This document shows, piece after piece, positions 57,801 to 64,000 of a stretch of DNA of 64,000 bases. The stretch covers positions 1 through 64,000 of the forward strand of contig QPMI01000011.1 in the NCBI GenBank assembly GCA_004431415.1. The letters run 5' to 3'. A program made the position numbers and the translations under genes. This DNA is from Cyanophora paradoxa CCMP329 (taxonomy: Eukaryota; Plantae; Glaucophyta). A model generated the notes under the pieces. It did not search any database and was not told where the DNA came from. It worked only from the letters and a program-made list of their open reading frames with translations. The stretch's first letter is position 1. Every line of letters begins with the position of its first letter.

Positions 57801-59138
57801 CCCAGCCCGCCCCGCCCGCCCCACGCCCCGCCCCGCCCCGCCCCACGCCCGCCCGCCTCCCACCCCTGCACTCACGCAAGCTTTGAGCCCCTGACCCTAG
57901 CTGTAGGCTAGCCCCAGCTCACCGAGCCCGGCCGGCCCCCTCCTCCTCCTCCGGCCTCTGTACCCCCCTCTGAACCCTGTACCCCAGGCGGAGCTGGAGG
58001 CGGCGAGCCAGAACCTGGCGGTCCGCGAGGACGAGATCCGCCGCCTCAAGGGGGTACGTACTGAATTCTTCCTTCCCTACCCTTCCTTCCCCCCCCCCCC
58101 CCCCCCCCCCCCCTTCCCGCACCCAACCAATGAATGCGCCCGCCCCGGGCCGGTCCCGCTCCGGGCCCGTTCCGCTATCGCGCTTTTTGTGCTAGGGCCT
58201 TCCCCTTCCTTCCCCTTCCGGGGCCGGTCCCGCCCCGGGCCCGTTCTTGTGTCAGCGGCCTCAGCTCCGTCGGCTTACGCTTCGCGCGCGCGCGCAGGCG
58301 CTGCACCAAGCGGAGGCGAAGGCAGCCGGCGGCGCGGTGCGCTTCCCCTCCGAGCCCCTAGGCTCCCCCTCCCGCTCCCGTCCCCGCCCCTGCGCCCGCG
58401 ACCGCGGGTGGCCGAGTCTGTTTGAATTTTCGCCGCAGTCTAGATCTATACCAGGCTGAGGCTGACCCGCCCTGTCTCTTAAATAGATCTCTTAGATTCC
58501 GCTTTCTAGACTCTGTGATCTCAGATCTCCCTTAAAGGCCGCGGGGGGCCGAGCCTGCTTGAATTCTCGGCGCAGGCGGGGGACGTGGATCGCCTGAAGG
58601 CGGAGGTCGCGAAGCTCAAGGAGGAGAACGAGGCGAGCCCGCCGCGCCGCGCCGCGCCCGCTTCCAAGCTCTAGATCTCTTACATTCCGCTGTTATTAAA
58701 TCCGGAGGATGCAAGCCTGTGGCTGAGCTCGAGGCTCACTCGAGCCTTGTTTCCAAGCTCTAGATCTCTTATAAAAATTACATTCCGCTGTCTAGACTCT
58801 GATCTAAGATCCCTTAAAATCCCGCTGTTAAAATCCCTTAGATCGCCTGAAGGCGGAGGTCGCGAAGCTCAGGGAGGAGAACGAGGCGAGCGCGCCGCGC
58901 CGCGCCCGTTTTTACGCTCTAGGCTTTGATCTCAGATCTCTTAAATTCCGCTGTTATCAATTCCGCTGTCCAGGCTCTGATCTCAGATTCGACGGCTAGA
59001 TCTAGCTATAGATCTCTTTAATTCTGCCGTTCTCAGAGTCTCGAGGCTGACCGGCCCCTTGCTCTGCGCCGGCAGATGATCGGGGTGCTGCTGAGGGAGG
59101 AGCGGAAGCGGTACGCCCTCGCCACGCGGAAGAAGTAG
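48813..59138 (+). CDS. Very long Ala/Glu-rich coiled-coil protein (golgin/myosin-tail-like), many short exons
   Basis: Exons such as VKEKDMLLANIKTSAKSRIGELQ, LEQLKTAAKAKIVELTGQVQALQQ and final MIGVLLREERKRYALATRKK*; start uncertain. Confidence 0.7.
51096..53644 (+). repeat. Near-identical internal duplication of an exon segment of about 565 bp (about 51096-51662 and 53079-53644)
   Basis: Both copies encode RVEERAARLAALGVELGAAEGRAHDADER...AEARAECDAL with few substitutions. Confidence 0.92.
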
Positions 59139-60408
59139 GGGGGCGGGACGGCGCCCGGCGGCCCCTAGCTAGCTGGTCACGTTCAGAGTATTTGCTGCCA
59201 CAGTGTTGCCTCTGCAGTATTTAGATGCGCTTCGAATCCTGCACCAAACGTCTCTCATTGTGCATTCCGATGCGCATACGCATACGAATTTCCAACCCCC
59301 CATCGGGTTTTCGGCCTTCGCGTAAGCGTCTAGAGGTTGCCCTACAGGCTATCTACAGCCCCTCGGGGCCTGCGGGCTGCAGGCCTGCGGCCCGGCCCTG
59401 CGCATGCTAGATGTGCTTGTAATTGGCCCAGTGGAGCTGGTCTCAGATCTGAGCTGCCAGCTGGCTGCCTGGGAGGCTGGGACTCTGCTGCCAGACTGCT
59501 GGGACTCCCAGCCTGGGAGCCTGCCCCTCACTGTGGGCCTCACATGAGTGCGTGACGGTCCGCGCCAAGTTACCGTACCGGGAAGCATTTGATTGGCCCG
59601 GCTGGGAGCGGCTGGCCGGCTGCTCGGAGCCTCGGATCATGCAGCTTTATGCTCCGCTGCCTCCGCATTAATGATTACCCCTAGCGGGGGGTACCGGCGT
59701 ATCGTCAGGCGTCATGCATATCAACCTCCAACATCATGCATATGCAGCTGCTCCGGAATCCGCGGTCGCCGGGCCGCGCCGCGGCGGCCGGGCCGGGATC
59801 CGCGGCCGGATCCGTGCAGCAGGCTGCCACTGCCTGCCAGCAGCAGCTAGCTAGAGCAGCTAGCACATGCCGCAGTGCAGGTGAAGTTAGCTGGAGAAAC
59901 CGCGTTGAAACTAGTACTATAGCTAGCTGCAGCTTATGGCATGTCACGTCATTATCGAGCGGCGACACGTACGCGCAGTGCCGCAGTGCAAGTGCAACGG
60001 CTTTTGAAATCCCCGGCCGCGGCCGCCGGCCGCGGGCCTTAAAGCTTGCTATTAGCTATAGGCCTCTCAGGTCTAGATTCGGAGCTCCTCTATTCGGAGC
60101 TCGAGCTCCTCGCGAAATCGATCGTCCAAACCTTGCCGCAAATCTGAACTGCAACTGCGGTCTGCGGCGCGGTCGACGTCTGGTGCGGCAGCTGCGGTCT
60201 GGATCAGCCGCAGCGGCGCGGGGCCGGCCGACGCCCCAGCGCAGCACCCGGCCGAGGCGGCGAGGCCGCTGCTGCGGCCGCGGCGCCGGCCGTGCGCGGG
60301 CCGGGGGCCCTTCTATCGGAGTCTCTTAGTTGGCCCCCGGCCCCTGGCCTGTACGAAGCGTGCGGTCGACGTCGCTCAAGCTTGAGCGGCCGTAAGCTTG
60401 CGGGGGCC

Positions 60409-63400
60409 ATGGATCCGGATCACGATGAGTTCTCCGCCGAAGCTGCAGCTGGCCATGGCGGGCCCCGTGCGGCGTTTTCATCGTCGGCGGACCCCGTGCA
60501 CGTTCGGAGCGAGCGCAGCCATTCCGAGTCGGAGCGCGGCGGCCGCGGGTCCGCGTCCTTGTCCTTCGGCGTTGGGCTCGGCGCCCGCCTTCAAGCCGAC
60601 TCCGACTTGGCCGAGAGCGAGCCGCCCCGTGCCGCGAGCGCCAGCCCCGCCCCCAGCCTCGTCGAAGTCAGGCCCCGCGGCAGCCTTCAGCTCTCCGCAG
60701 GATCGGGCCCCAGCCCGGTACCCAGCTCCTCCGCCCTGCTCCGCCCCCTCCTGTCCCCTGCCAGCCCGGGTACCGTCGCCTCCCAAGCCGGCAACTCGCG
60801 CCGCGGATCCTACGTCTACGTCTTGAATCAGGCCCGTTAACCTGTACCCCTGCCAGGCCGACTGTCTACCCCCTGAAATCTGGGCTCAGATGAGCGAGGC
60901 GCTTGGCCTGAAGGCGCAGGGAGGGGGCGAGGCGACCGCCAAGCGGAACGTTCTCGCCCTTCTCGTCATGACCGGTAGCCCCGCCCTCGCGATCGCAGTT
61001 CAGGTACCCCCCTGTTCTCCTTCCCCCCCCCCTCCCCCTCCTCCCGGCGCGCCTCGCGCGTCCGCTAAGAAGGATTCGCGACCGCAGATGGCCCTTCCGT
61101 ACCCCTTGCTGCCCCCCAACTACGCTCGCCTCGCCGTCTGGATCTTCGGTTCGAATCCGCCGGGGTCGGGTTCCCCTCTCGCGTTGCTGACAGCGGCCGG
61201 TGCCCCCCCTCGCAGCCTGCGCCCCTGCCGGAATGCAGACGTGTACCTGGTTCTGCGTGTGCCACAGGATACCGGCCTGGTGCTAACCGCCTATCCCCTC
61301 CGTTCCCCCCCCCCTCCCCCCCGCTGCATCTGACCTTGTACCCCCAGGCGGATCCTCCCGTCCTGGCTAGCCGTCTACCTAGCCGTCAACATGTGCCTGC
61401 TCCTCCCAATCTCCGTCATCCGTGATCGTGCGTACCCCCGCGCGCCCTTCTCTGCGCTGTACCCCGCTGAAAGCTATATATGCCGGCGGTCAGTTTCGAC
61501 CCTTCCTTTCGGGTACAGCGTCTGCGCGGCCAGTTTCCTTCTTTCGAACCAGGTTCAAATCCGCTTGAGATCTCATTCGATCTCGAGTCTAATCTGATCT
61601 GGCGCCGCCGGCGCCGGCGCCAGGTCAACGCGCGGCTGCACTCGCTGGCGCTGCGGAGGCTGCAGCGGGCGCGGGCGGTGGCGGCGGCGGCGCGGGGCGC
61701 GCCACTGGGCCTACCCCCCGGGGGGGGCCTCGAGGCGAACCTCAAGCTCTTCCTCGGCTTCAACACGACGTCGGTGTTCGTCACGTTGCTCCCCATCTTG
61801 TGCGCCCGATCCGCTTCGCTTTGCTCATCTAGTTCTAGCTCTTGCTTCTTATATAGCTCTTGCTCTTGCTCTTGCTTCTTATATACAGCTTTTTATATAT
61901 AGCTCTAGATCTAGCGCTTCGCTCTGCTCGGCCAGCTCTAGCTCTTGCTTTTTCTTACTCGTTCTCGCAGGTACCTCCTGGCCTTCTCCGTCCTCGAATC
62001 GGCCTTCGGGCAGGCGAGCGCGAGATCTAGAGGCTCCCCCCCTCTTCCCCTCCTATAGCTCACCTGACTGACTTCGTCCCCCCCCCAGATCGGGCTGAAC
62101 GTGCTGATGTCGGTGCTGACGATCACGCTCATCTTCCTCATCGTCCGCCGCTTCGGCGACGACCTCGCCGGGGTCCGTGTACCCCCGCCCCGGCTTCCCC
62201 CCCTTCCCCCGCCTCCCCGGTCCCCTCCGATCCGCACCTTTGGCTAGAATTTAACAAGATGCACTCCCCTGGCCTCGCCTCATTCAAAGGCCTTGCCATC
62301 GATATCACCCCGCCCCCGCCTCATGGTGGCCGGCAGGTCCTGCCGCACGGCGACGCCACCGTCTGCTACGTCATCTCCGCCCTGTGCGTCCCCAACTCGC
62401 TTCAGGGCCGGGATCGATCCCTCTCTTGATGCCCTTGATGAATTATTTGAGTTTGACCTCGAGCGGCGCGCCCCCGCAGGTTCTCGTACCGGGTCTTCCG
62501 CCAGTTGGCCTTCTTCCGAGTGCGCGTTATCGAGTGTGGCGCTCGCGTCTGCACGGCTTGCACCGTCTTATCGCGAGTCCCACCCTCGCCCCCCGGCCCG
62601 GGCCCGCCCCGCCGCAGATCAAGAACGACGCCGTCTTCGTCGCGTCCCTCGCCCTCGAGGTGCCGCCGGCGCCGGCATTTGCAGAGAGTTTGCTTTGGCT
62701 TGCTGGGACTATCCTATATATGCCTACTGATCATGATTTAAAACGTGATATTAGCGTGATAAAACTATCCTATGCCCAGGCCAGGCTCTTATAATTATAA
62801 TTATCTTGATTAGCATTGCTAGTAGGCGAGACGTCCCTGGGCCTTGCCTGAGCATGAGCCTCGCGGCAGATCGTGACGTTGGTGTTCCCGGTATCCCTCC
62901 TCTTCGACCGCCTCGCCCGGGCCTTCCTGCACCGGGTCCCCCGCGGCCTGTACCCCTTCCGCCGCGTCTCCGACGCCCCGCCCCCCCTTTCGAGCGCGGG
63001 CCCCGCGGCACAGCCAGCTCAGGTGCAGGTTTTAATTGGAGTCACAGTGCGCTGTTTTGGGTCTCTTACGTACGCGCAGCGACCGTCGCAGCCGCTGGCC
63101 CCGGGGCGGCCGAGGGCCGGAAGCCTGCAGCCTTACGCCGTACCCCTCGGCCGGAGGCGCTCCGAGCCGGTGTCAGACTCCGAGGAGGCGCCGCCCCCGC
63201 GGGTTGCGCACCGCGCCTGGCGCTCGGCACACGCGGAGGACCCCGAGGGATCCGTGCACGGTACCCCCGCCGCGGCCTCGGCGGCTGCGAACCCCGTACC
63301 CCTCTCCCGGCTCGACGGGGGGGTAGTGCATGTCGTCGGGGACGGCGAGAGCCCGTACCCCGCCTTCTCGCCGGCCTCCCTCGCGTGGTCGCCATCTCCC

Positions 63401-64000
63401 CCGGGTCCTTCGCCCCCCCTCTCTCCGGACCGCCCCGGGCCCCGCAGGGGCTCCGCATCCGGACCCGGATCCGCCCTCGAGCTCCACCGCCCGAGCACCA
63501 GCAGCAGCGGCGTACCCCCCGGGCTCCCGGGCCCCGGCGACAAGCCGAAGGGGTACAGCGCGGCTCTGGCCGCGCCCCGGCCCCCGGCGTCGACGTCGAC
63601 CGCCACCTCCGGATCCGGATCCGGAGCCGGAGCCGGAGCCGGCGCTCGCCGCGGGTCGTGGCTCAGCGCTGGCGGGGCAGCGGCGCCCCCGGTTCGAATC
63701 CGAGTGGACTCGGAAGAGACGGCGCGCCCCGGGGCGGCGGCCGCGGGCGCGGGCGCGAGCCAGCTGCAGGCGACTGCGCGGACCGCTCCGTCGGAGGCTG
63801 TACCCCCGCGGAGCTTCCAGGAGAGCGTCGGCGAGGAGTCTGTACCCTTGAAGGCGCGCGCCCCCAGCCGCTCCACCCACCCCGCCCGCGCCGCCCTCCT
63901 CACTGAGTCACCGCGTCGTTCTGCACAGGCGGGCGCCAGCTGCAGCGACGGCGCGGCGGGTCCGGATCTCGAGTCGGGCGGCCTCAGCGGAGGAGGAGGA
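60409..64000 (+). CDS. Unknown multi-pass membrane protein, multi-exon; 3' end not located
   Basis: Ser-rich N-terminus MDPDHDEF..., then TM exons VLALLVMTGSPALAIAVQ, WLAVYLAVNMCLLLPI, LFLGFNTTSVFVTLLPIL and LNVLMSVLTITLIFLIVRRF. Confidence 0.55.

Overview
The window has two sharply different parts. Positions 1-20070 are an AT-rich (roughly 38-40% GC by eye), intronless, gene-dense endogenous dsDNA virus of the double-jelly-roll (Polinton-like / dwarf NCLDV-like) type. It encodes an AEP primase-PriCT2-SF3 helicase, an A32-type packaging ATPase, a major capsid protein, two head-to-head penton paralogs, a patatin phospholipase fused to an F5/8-C (discoidin) domain, a long His-repeat fibre, four fibre paralogs sharing one N-terminal domain but carrying different heads (two are C1q), a zinc-ribbon protein and a bacterial-type S-adenosylmethionine decarboxylase. 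I recognise no integrase, recombinase, protein-primed PolB or maturation protease between the terminal repeat motifs. The right end carries motif arrays and finishes in a perfect 28-bp-stem hairpin exactly at the host junction, apparently inside a host exon. That arrangement fits a hairpin-ended linear genome captured without an integrase (inference). The left end is cut by the window. Positions 20071-64000 are very GC-rich, intron-dense nuclear DNA of an unidentified eukaryote, probably a protist or alga, with many predicted GC-AG introns. It holds two TmcB/TmcC-like membrane proteins, a parallel beta-helix protein, a TVP38/TMEM64 protein, a CNNM/DUF21-CBS transporter, a long coiled-coil protein with an exon duplication and an unknown multi-pass membrane protein. 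All family calls come from motif recognition only; no searches were run, and host exon boundaries are approximate.
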